Origin: a virus
Lineage: Duplodnaviria > Heunggongvirae > Uroviricota > Caudoviricetes
DNA length: 15,816 nt
Reading direction: 5' to 3' (one strand)
Virus record (IMG/VR): IMGVR_UViG_2917408641_000001
The notes below the pieces were generated by a model, which made no database searches, was not told the origin of the DNA, and saw only the letters and a list, made by a program, of their open reading frames with translations. The translations under genes and the position numbers were made by a program. This document shows positions 7,883-14,804 of this stretch, piece after piece (position 1 is the stretch's first letter; each line of letters opens with the position of its first letter).

Positions 7883-10396
7883 TTATTTTTTGTTTTCGCT
7901 GATTAAACCACCCCGCAGCAGCCCGGCACGGCTGTGGGCGCGTTCCGTGCCGGCGCTGATTTGCTGTGCGTGCTCTGCGTCACGGATGGCGCGCAGCATG
8001 TCAGACAGCACGGTGACGGGTGGTTTTGTGCCTGTCTGCTCCCGCCGGAGTACTGCGCCCAGACGTGCGGCGGCTGCCGGGTCTGCTTCCCCGAGCTGCT
8101 TCAGGTAAACGGTAACCGGGTTCTGGCGGATCTCCGTGCTGCTTACGCCGTGATTACGGCTCAGGCGCTGCCAGAGCTGCGTAATCCGGCTGTCCGGGCG
8201 GGTATCCGGTTTGCGTACAATTTCAAATCCCTGCGGTGCAATGATGCTGCCGTCAACGTACAGGCTGCCGCCCCGTAACAGGTGCTGCATCTGCTGTTCA
8301 CCGATATGCAGGCCGAGAGATTCGGCAGACTCCCGCCATTCTTTAGCGAGTAACTCGTGGTTATCAGGCAAAGGCCGCGGCTGTTTGCGGCTCTGTGTCC
8401 GGTTCTGCATGTCATCACTGCTGTTTTTTGCCTGTTTGTCACAAAGCGAACGCATCAGCGCCCGGCGTTCGTGCTGTTTCAGTGACCTCAGCCAGTCAGT
8501 GACACTGACATTCGGTGGCATTTCCGGCCACGGACGCGGTGCCGTGGCCTCATCAGGCTGTTGTGATTTCGTGGTTTCTTTGTTTTCGTTTTGTGTACGG
8601 GGACAGTTATTGCCACGAGTCCAAGGGGCGGCAGGGCCGCCCTGAAGGTCAAAATCCTTTTCGCGGGCGCTGTCTTCCGTTTCCGGTTTACGTCTTACCA
8701 GCTTCCAGTTATCCGGATGCGTGCACACACGGGAAGACTCCCCGATGAGCGGCGACCAGATCCCGTAAATCTGTACGCCCTGTTCGCCGTAATCGTTCAG
8801 CTCATCGGCGAGGTCGTAGGCGGTGCGAATCAGGTAGTCCTTGCGTGGAACAAGTACGCCACCCTGTTTTTCAATGTAGGAGGCAAAACACCCGGCATCA
8901 GCGGCAGCGAGTACCGCATCCATTGCCTCGTTCTCCAGACGTTGCGGTCCCTGTGGGTTGCGGGCCATCTGACAGGCAAGGCGGCGCAGTTCACGCCATA
9001 CCTGACGGGAAGGGATGCCAAAGAACTGGAACTGGCGGACCCGGTGAAGGCGCGCCCAGCCGATGGCGCGTTCCACGCTTTCTGCCATCGTCTTTCCTGA
9101 TTCGTCGTCGATGCGCGGTTTGCCTGTTTTCGGGTCGATGCCATCCACGGCGCGGCTGTCCAGGTTTTTTCCGATGTAGGTCGCGATGTAGCCGGTCGGC
9201 GTGCCTTTTGAGCCGTCGATATACTCCGCCTTAAAGCGAGGGGTGATATCGCTGCCCAGCTCGTGGCGGTCTTCCTGAATGGCAATATCGCGGACGTGGG
9301 ACACAATGGTGTCGATTTCATCAGGATGTGCAAAGACCAGCATATGCCAGTGCACGGTGCCGTCATGGTGAGGCTCCGCCGTGCGGATACCGTACCAGCG
9401 CAGGCCTTCGCGGTTCAGTTTTTTGCGGACTGCGGCAAAGAACGTGTTAACCAGGTAATCGCTGGAATCACGCATGGTGGCCCCGTTCCACTTCGGGTTC
9501 GGATGACCGTTATCCGTTGTGGCGTGGTACTTCGAAGGGGTGGTGACAGTCAGAAACACCGCTTTGTCACCGCGGGCTTCGGCCAGAAGTTCCAGCCCCT
9601 TTGTGGTGGCCATCATTTCTGCTTTACGGTGGACCGGGTTACTTACTCCCGCGTAATACACCGTCTCGAGATCAATCGTGAACCCGTCTTTATTTTCCAG
9701 CATGAAACTTTTCAGGAAATCGCGTGTTTTCTCGCGCTGTGCGCGAAACTCGCTTAACGCGTCCTGGCTCAGATAGGGCGATGTTTTTCTGGAAACCAGA
9801 CAGGCGGCGCGGAGTTGTTCTTCTCTCCACTCGCAACGTAACAGCCACAGTTTGCGTTTCCACCATTCCGCACAGGTCAGGCGAAGGATTGCGCCCGGCA
9901 GCAGCTCCGTGTCCGGTTCGTTCCTCCGGTCTTTATCTGTTGTCAGTGCGTCATAATGTGGAGGCATGGCGTGCAGGTGTAACGCCATGCGGGCCAGCAT
10001 CTGATACGCCTTCAGGGTTACATCCATGGTCAGCTCGCCATCGGTCGCGCCAAAGCCATCGCAGAGTTTTTCGAAGGTGCTGCTGAACATCGCCGCCGTC
10101 ATGGTGGCCAGCGTCTGTATCTGGTGCTTGTTAAGCTGCGGCAGGTAAAGCAAATCGTCCAGGCGTTCGCGTCCGGCAAGGGCGCGATAACCCGGTGTCA
10201 GCCAGCGGCTGTCGGTGCGGTCCAGACGTTCGAATATTTTGCGCAGGGTTCCGCGCGCGTAGCCCTCTGCTGGTCGACTCTTTTTGCCTTTCTGGCGGTC
10301 AGATTCCTGCTTCTTACGTAAAAAAGAGAGGCGGCGGCTCAGGGGTTCACGCAGATAAACAGGTAGTGCCTTTAGTGTGACAAATGCACGGGCCAC
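7883..10396 (-). CDS. Rolling-circle replication initiator endonuclease (P2 gpA family), 837 aa
   Basis: Contains TPSKYH, an HUH motif (HHDGTVHWHMLVF) and a two-tyrosine motif (GYIATYIGKN), as in P2/186 A proteins. Apparent GTG start. Confidence 0.88.
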   Translation of the reverse strand: MARAFVTLKALPVYLREPLSRRLSFLRKKQESDRQKGKKSRPAEGYARGTLRKIFERLDRTDSRWLTPGYRALAGRERLDDLLYLPQLNKHQIQTLATMTAAMFSSTFEKLCDGFGATDGELTMDVTLKAYQMLARMALHLHAMPPHYDALTTDKDRRNEPDTELLPGAILRLTCAEWWKRKLWLLRCEWREEQLRAACLVSRKTSPYLSQDALSEFRAQREKTRDFLKSFMLENKDGFTIDLETVYYAGVSNPVHRKAEMMATTKGLELLAEARGDKAVFLTVTTPSKYHATTDNGHPNPKWNGATMRDSSDYLVNTFFAAVRKKLNREGLRWYGIRTAEPHHDGTVHWHMLVFAHPDEIDTIVSHVRDIAIQEDRHELGSDITPRFKAEYIDGSKGTPTGYIATYIGKNLDSRAVDGIDPKTGKPRIDDESGKTMAESVERAIGWARLHRVRQFQFFGIPSRQVWRELRRLACQMARNPQGPQRLENEAMDAVLAAADAGCFASYIEKQGGVLVPRKDYLIRTAYDLADELNDYGEQGVQIYGIWSPLIGESSRVCTHPDNWKLVRRKPETEDSAREKDFDLQGGPAAPWTRGNNCPRTQNENKETTKSQQPDEATAPRPWPEMPPNVSVTDWLRSLKQHERRALMRSLCDKQAKNSSDDMQNRTQSRKQPRPLPDNHELLAKEWRESAESLGLHIGEQQMQHLLRGGSLYVDGSIIAPQGFEIVRKPDTRPDSRITQLWQRLSRNHGVSSTEIRQNPVTVYLKQLGEADPAAAARLGAVLRREQTGTKPPVTVLSDMLRAIRDAEHAQQISAGTERAHSRAGLLRGGLISENKK

Positions 10397-10435
10397 CGGG
10401 TCTTTTTCTGTTACCCGGCGCTTACTGATGATGTT

Positions 10436-10678
10436 CTATGCCAGCTTTTCACGCTGTCCGGCTTCCTCAAGGGATGCCATGAGTTTTTTACCCATGGCGG
10501 ATTGTGCGAAAAAGGCTTCTTCCTTCGCTTCCTGTTCTTCCTGTGCCTTTTTGTCCGCCTCAAGGTAGTAACGGATGGCTCGTTGCAGGTCGGTTTCAGT
10601 TTCCTGCCTGCGTTCCGTAAATCTGGCCGGATCAATGGCTGGCCGTGGTTCATTCCAGCTCCATGCAAACTCACTCAT
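10436..10678 (-). CDS. Hypothetical acidic protein, 80 aa, phage early operon
   Basis: Start at the internal Met (MSEFAWSW...), whose ATG overlaps the upstream gene's TGA as ATGA. Charged, predicted helical C-terminus. Confidence 0.55.
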   Translation of the reverse strand: MSEFAWSWNEPRPAIDPARFTERRQETETDLQRAIRYYLEADKKAQEEQEAKEEAFFAQSAMGKKLMASLEEAGQREKLA

Positions 10679-11064
10679 GGCTGGTATCCCGTCACGCGCT
10701 GCCACTCCTGCGAGAAGAGGGCGGAAAGGCGGTTAAATTCAGCGGTGTATTCACTCAGCGAGGCACACCCGCCAGCAGTACGATGCGCCAGTATTGCCGC
10801 AAATACGGAGGCCGGGGAGTCGTAATACGCCAGCAGTGATTCTCCATGCGGTGTCAGGCAGTGCAACGCCAGTCCGTGTGGTGTGAAGTCCACGCGGTAG
10901 CAGTCGTCTACTGTGAAATAAAGGGTATCCGTATTCTCCGGTTTTGTGGTGCGTGCTCTGTTGTCACGACCACGAATGTAGAGATCAAATAATCCCTGGA
11001 GAACGGGAGCCAGACGGGTGTCCTGTGTGCGCACCCATCTTGTGAAGTCATGAGCGTCAATCAT
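10675..11064 (-). CDS. Hypothetical phage protein, 129 aa
   Basis: Clean ORF in the operon frame series; ATGA-coupled to the downstream gene. Confidence 0.6.
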   Translation of the reverse strand: MIDAHDFTRWVRTQDTRLAPVLQGLFDLYIRGRDNRARTTKPENTDTLYFTVDDCYRVDFTPHGLALHCLTPHGESLLAYYDSPASVFAAILAHRTAGGCASLSEYTAEFNRLSALFSQEWQRVTGYQP

Positions 11065-11136
11065 GCTGCAATTCTCTTTACTACAGATGTGCGAAGGCCT
11101 CCCGCCGCAAGGTGCAGGAAAGGCCCGGAACAGGAA

Positions 11137-11367
11137 TTAATGGAGTTTGTTTTGCTGCTGGATGAGCTGTTGAAGCTCGTGCAGATCATCCGCCAGATAG
11201 CTGAAAACAGAGGCGGAATAAATGTTTGATAGTGCGTGGCTGCGCTCATGCAGCATATTGATGTGCATGATTTGCGCGACGCGTGATGCGCGGGAAAGTC
11301 TGCGGTTGATTTCAGTCTGGATGTGACGACGCTCCGCGATAGCGCGGTGCTGTTTGCGGTTTGCCAT
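11137..11367 (-). CDS. Hypothetical basic protein, 76 aa
   Basis: ORF with AAGGGG about 8 nt upstream of the ATG. Arg-rich N-terminus, predicted helical. Confidence 0.55.
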   Translation of the reverse strand: MANRKQHRAIAERRHIQTEINRRLSRASRVAQIMHINMLHERSHALSNIYSASVFSYLADDLHELQQLIQQQNKLH

Positions 11368-11689
11368 GGTGTGGCCCCTTGTGTAGTAAGTTGTGAAAAC
11401 TCACCATCCAGAGCTGCGAAACTGTGGGTGGCGAGACGTACGAGGTTCGCAGTACCGGCTACACAAGAACCCGGCCCGACCGAAATCGGCCCCGTACGCC
11501 CCGCCATAATTCTGACGCGAAAAAAACGTGGCAATACAGTACGCACAAAAAAACCGCTGGCGCGGTTGTGCGCTTGTGTAGTCAGCAGGCTGCGAAACCC
11601 GGCACCCGTTTTGTGAGGTGCAGCGGAAATGTAACCTGACTGATTGCGGCATGGCAAGCGGTTTTTTTGTGTGTGCATGTTCTGGTTTC
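11368..11689 (-). other. About 320 bp non-coding spacer with repeated 9-10-mers inside the early operon
   Basis: No convincing ORF. CTTGTGTAG occurs at 11378..11386 and 11572..11580, with its inverse CTACACAAG at 11459..11467. GCTGCGAAAC occurs at 11413..11422 and 11588..11597. Hairpin AACCGC/GCGGTT near 11550..11564. Confidence 0.45.
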
Positions 11690-11989
11690 TTAGTGGTTCA
11701 GAAAAAAATCAAAAACCTTGTCAATGCGTTGCAGCAGCTCTTGCTGTATTGCTTCCGGCGTTTCCGGTTCGCTTGGCGCCTCCAACGTCGCGCAGAAATC
11801 CTCGATTTCATGACGGAGCGTCAGGCGAATGGCGAGAGGTGTGGTTCTGGCGTGCTCCAGCTCATCCAGCAGCGCCAGCACAGCAGACGGCGAGAGCATT
11901 GCGCGAAACGCCAGTAATTTTTGAGGCGTTGCCATTCGTTGCAGGTCAGTCGCCAGTTCGCGTAATTCCTGGTGGTTGATGGCGCTCAT
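11690..11989 (-). CDS. Hypothetical phage protein, 99 aa
   Basis: ORF whose start overlaps the upstream stop by 4 bp. Confidence 0.6.
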   Translation of the reverse strand: MSAINHQELRELATDLQRMATPQKLLAFRAMLSPSAVLALLDELEHARTTPLAIRLTLRHEIEDFCATLEAPSEPETPEAIQQELLQRIDKVFDFFLNH

Positions 11990-12231
11990 GCTCTGGCTTC
12001 CTTCAGTAGCTGGTTAAACATGTTGGTAAGTGGATTGCCGCACCCGAACGGCATCGGGTTTATCTGGTAAGAAAAGCGACCGCCTGTTTTGCGCTCTTTT
12101 CTTATGACTGAACCGCTGCGCCAGAGTCGGCGTAACTCCGCATTAATGGCTGTGGTTGGGGTATTCAGTGCTGCGGCGATTTCTCCACCGCTACACCCCG
12201 GATTGGCGGCGATATAGTCCAGAATGGTCAT
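11986..12231 (-). CDS. Putative winged-helix DNA-binding protein, 81 aa
   Basis: Segment ILDYIAANPGCSGGEIAAALN...LRRLWRSGSVIRKE reads like a helix-turn-helix plus wing. Overlaps its neighbours by 4 bp. Confidence 0.6.
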   Translation of the reverse strand: MTILDYIAANPGCSGGEIAAALNTPTTAINAELRRLWRSGSVIRKERKTGGRFSYQINPMPFGCGNPLTNMFNQLLKEARA

Positions 12232-12431
12232 CTGCGTGACTCCTGTACCTGTCGGATAAGGTTCACCCGCACCACATTCGTGGCGCAGAAGTAAGTGCCG
12301 TCAGTGAGATAGATGTGATGTGCATCCTTTTCTGAACGGTGTTTGTCGATTGTGGTAATCAGGCGTTCGTCGACTTCGTATTCACGCCCTCTGGAGGTAA
12401 AACGAACGACAGGAAAATGCTTAATTGCCAT
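12228..12431 (-). CDS. Hypothetical phage protein, 67 aa
   Basis: AAGGAGG lies 6 nt upstream of the ATG at 12431. Confidence 0.65.
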   Translation of the reverse strand: MAIKHFPVVRFTSRGREYEVDERLITTIDKHRSEKDAHHIYLTDGTYFCATNVVRVNLIRQVQESRR

Positions 12432-12517
12432 TACGCCTCCTTGGCGTGTGCGAATACCTCCGCGAATGCGGATTGTTTTTACATTTTCTTATTTAACCTG
12501 TGGTTTTATTTGCTCTG

Positions 12518-12631
12518 TTATTCGCCAGTGAAAAAGCGTTCAATCTTTTTTATTGAATGAATAATTCGCATAATCCCAATGGCGCAGGCCACCGAAATAA
12601 TCAGAACAAGCCATGAGATAAATATACTCAT
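12518..12631 (-). CDS. Small hydrophobic peptide, 37 aa (single transmembrane helix, basic tail)
   Basis: Not in the ORF track. Translation MSIFISWLVLIISVACAIGIMRIIHSIKKIERFFTGE. Its ATG overlaps the upstream gene's TGA as ATGA. Confidence 0.4.
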   Translation of the reverse strand: MSIFISWLVLIISVACAIGIMRIIHSIKKIERFFTGE

Positions 12632-12870
12632 GCGATATTCCCCAGCTTATACGGTTCAATATGTTCCCCGCATTCTGCGGCACAGATCAGCTCGGAAAGT
12701 TCGTTAAGTGCATCCAGAGCATCAGCGTAAAAAGCCACGTCATACAGACTCCGGATTGCCCTGGTCAATGAGTCACGGGCTGCACGTTCAGCATGAGCGC
12801 CTGATGCGCTTAAGCGAAAATAAAAACGCTCAAGTGCTTTGTTAATGAGAGTTTTATATTCTTTGCCCAT
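12628..12870 (-). CDS. Hypothetical phage protein, 80 aa
   Basis: ORF; preferred start is the ATG at 12870 (MGKEYKTL...) rather than the GTG at 12873. Confidence 0.55.
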   Translation of the reverse strand: MGKEYKTLINKALERFYFRLSASGAHAERAARDSLTRAIRSLYDVAFYADALDALNELSELICAAECGEHIEPYKLGNIA

Positions 12871-12881
12871 CACAACGCCCT

Positions 12882-13169
12882 TTAATCTGCTTTCTTAATT
12901 TCAACTTCTGAATCCATACAAATAATTTCGATATAGGGTTCATCGCCATTAGCCTGGCGCGCTTTTTCAGCTTTGCTAATGATTTCTCGTACGGTCTGGT
13001 ACGGAAGTTCCACAAGCAGTCGCGTGCCGTTCAGATAAACGTAAGTGGCTTCGTCGGCTCCGTTTTTACCCGCCGGAGCCACTCCATCAATAGCGGATGT
13101 GCGTAATAACAGTTCACCGCGAAAATCAATAAAACGGATAAATACACCTTGTGCATGGTCTTTGGTCAT
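12882..13169 (-). CDS. Hypothetical phage protein, 95 aa
   Basis: Start taken at the internal Met (MTKDHAQG...) to avoid overlap with the upstream gene. Confidence 0.55.
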   Translation of the reverse strand: MTKDHAQGVFIRFIDFRGELLLRTSAIDGVAPAGKNGADEATYVYLNGTRLLVELPYQTVREIISKAEKARQANGDEPYIEIICMDSEVEIKKAD

Positions 13170-13179
13170 AAAGCACCTG

Positions 13180-13521
13180 TTATAAATCAGCCTGTTTAAT
13201 AAAACTTTGTCCGCGAAGCAGACGATCAACCGTGCGTAGTGCTTCGTATAATGTGAAATCCTGCCCGAACTGATTGTCGCCGCTGCTTAGAGCAAAAATG
13301 CGGTTTCCAGTAAACGGATTGCGTGGGCATTTGTGGACCACGATTCCAGCTTTCTCAATCAGCCAGGCATGCTCGCCGATTTGTTTTACTGGGTAGCCAT
13401 CCGGCGTTGCGTGTGTATCACTCAGGCTGTAGCGGATGTTGCTGCGTGATGCACTGGTAGTGAAACGGTTAGCGTGACGTTCAGCACCATTACGAAAGCG
13501 TGAATTACGTTGTTGTTTCAT
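13180..13521 (-). CDS. Hypothetical phage protein, 113 aa
   Basis: ORF in the early-operon series; basic N-terminus. Confidence 0.55.
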   Translation of the reverse strand: MKQQRNSRFRNGAERHANRFTTSASRSNIRYSLSDTHATPDGYPVKQIGEHAWLIEKAGIVVHKCPRNPFTGNRIFALSSGDNQFGQDFTLYEALRTVDRLLRGQSFIKQADL

Positions 13522-13522
13522 G

Positions 13523-13630
13523 TTAAAGACTCTGTACAGATTTAATTATTCCGGCATAGCGGCCGAACTCAAAATATTTGCGATTAAATCGCATCGCATT
13601 GTTTTCACGTTTTGCGGACTGCTGGTTCAT
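13523..13630 (-). CDS. Small basic peptide, 35 aa
   Basis: Translation MNQQSAKRENNAMRFNRKYFEFGRYAGIIKSVQSL. GGAGG lies 9 nt upstream. The ATG overlaps the stop of the upstream peptide ORF as ATGA. Confidence 0.4.
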   Translation of the reverse strand: MNQQSAKRENNAMRFNRKYFEFGRYAGIIKSVQSL

Positions 13631-13734
13631 TTTCGTTTGCCTCCGCACATGAGAATTACGCCGCTTAAGAGGTAACCGAAGTTAATTGATAGTATTACAA
13701 TTAACATAAGGTCCAATTTGTCCATGCCACACAT
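13627..13734 (-). CDS. Small hydrophobic peptide, about 35 aa
   Basis: Translation MCGMDKLDLMLIVILSINFGYLLSGVILMCGGKRK, with GAGGG 5 nt upstream of this ATG. An alternative ATG at 13746 would add MRVI. Confidence 0.35.
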   Translation of the reverse strand: MCGMDKLDLMLIVILSINFGYLLSGVILMCGGKRK

Positions 13735-13773
13735 AATTACCCTCATTGCAGTAGTTGTGGTTTATCAGGTTTC

Positions 13774-13980
13774 TCACCCGATAAACCAGATAACAAACGC
13801 TATAAACATCGCCCCAATAGCTGCCGGGAAAAGCCCTTTGGTATAAGCGGCGATATATTCAATGCTGAGTTCAATAAAGCGTTCTTCATGTCCCGTTAAC
13901 TTACGAAACAAATAGATCGCTATTACGCCTATCTCAATAAAAACAAGGGTCAGAATGGCGCTGATGATATGGCTGGTCAT
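13774..13980 (-). CDS. Small membrane protein, 68 aa, two predicted transmembrane helices
   Basis: Two hydrophobic segments (IISAILTLVFIEIGVIAIYLF and AAIGAMFIAFVIWFIG). Immediately downstream of the cox-like gene. Confidence 0.55.
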   Translation of the reverse strand: MTSHIISAILTLVFIEIGVIAIYLFRKLTGHEERFIELSIEYIAAYTKGLFPAAIGAMFIAFVIWFIG

Positions 13981-13986
13981 TTATGA

Positions 13987-14274
13987 CTAAAGCCCCAGCC
14001 ACAACAACCATGCATCGCGGCGTTCTTTCGGTTGCTCAAAAAACGCTTTGCGCATGCCTTCGTTAAATGCTGGCAGATATACCCAGTTTTCTGATGCACG
14101 CGTCTTTACTGAACCTGGTTTCACAAAGTCAATTGTCGGTAGCTTTGCTGCGTCAATCATGGTTCTGACTGTGGATTCCTTGCGGCCGATCATCTTGGCG
14201 AATAGTTGATATGGCACCGCTTCAAGTGGATATGGTGCTACCTGAATGAAGCCCCCAAGCTCTGATTCGCTCAT
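13987..14274 (-). CDS. cox: Cox-like excisionase / early-promoter regulator (P2 Cox family), 95 aa
   Basis: Segments PYQLFAKMIG, WVYLPAFNEG and RDAWLLWLGL parallel P2 Cox as recalled. Divergent from the C-like repressor; AGGGAG RBS. Confidence 0.75.
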   Translation of the reverse strand: MSESELGGFIQVAPYPLEAVPYQLFAKMIGRKESTVRTMIDAAKLPTIDFVKPGSVKTRASENWVYLPAFNEGMRKAFFEQPKERRDAWLLWLGL

Positions 14275-14387
14275 TGTGGTAATCTCCCTAATTCGTTCGA
14301 ATGGCTCAAAATGGCTTATATCGGCTTATTTGAGTGTTTTTATGTTTGTGCCCGATGTGGCATGTTGTGATGGAGGATATGCCCGAT
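14275..14387. promoter_or_regulatory. Lysogeny/lysis switch region between cox and C (opposing promoters and operators)
   Basis: 113-bp gap between divergently arranged cox-like and C-like genes. Direct repeats GCCCGATGTGGCATG (14350..14364) and GCCCGATATGGCATC (14381..14395) straddle its right edge, running into the C start codon. Confidence 0.5.
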
Positions 14388-14708
14388 ATGGCATCTTTAT
14401 CAAGCATGGGTGAAAAATTTCGCCTGATTCGTGAAGCAGAAGGTATGACCCGCCAGGAGTTTGCGGATTGTGTTGGGTTGCCTTATGGGACGGTAACTAA
14501 CTATGAGGTGAGGGGGAAGCAAGTAACAGAGGGTGCCTTACTTAAGGTTACGAAACACCCTAAATTTAAGAAATATGCTTATTGGTTATCAACAGATGAA
14601 ACGATGCCGGAGGTTGGGCAAATTTCTCCGGCTCTCTCTCTTGATGGTTCCTGCAATTCGGAGGGAGATCGTGTTTCAACCGAAACAATCCAAAAATTAT
14701 CCCGCTGA
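14388..14708 (+). CDS. P2 C-type immunity repressor (HTH), about 106 aa
   Basis: Segments QEFADCVGLPYGTVTNYE and KYAYWLS...GQISPALS parallel P2 C as recalled. Start at MASLSS is a choice among several in-frame ATGs. Confidence 0.75.
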   Translation: MASLSSMGEKFRLIREAEGMTRQEFADCVGLPYGTVTNYEVRGKQVTEGALLKVTKHPKFKKYAYWLSTDETMPEVGQISPALSLDGSCNSEGDRVSTETIQKLSR

Positions 14709-14804
14709 GGCCAGAAAACTGGTTAGACCTGCTTTTTGTCTGGTCTGATTATTGCTGGAAAGAGGCTGGAGAAATTGTAGAGCGGTTCATTGGAGGGCTT
14801 CGCA

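Noticed and set aside
7934..10380. Many plus-strand ORFs of 60 to 178 codons inside the region of the minus-strand rep gene (for example 7934..8278, 8591..9100, 9263..9757, 9724..10086).
   Set aside because: They are antisense shadow frames of a GC-rich gene whose minus-strand product has clear catalytic motifs; their translations are low-complexity (Arg/Pro/Cys-rich) with no start context.
11061..11678. 205-codon minus-strand ORF spanning the non-coding spacer and overlapping the 76-aa gene.
   Set aside because: The translation is Ser/Thr/Arg-rich low-complexity, it overlaps a better-supported gene in another frame, and it runs through the repeat-rich spacer; likely a frame artefact.
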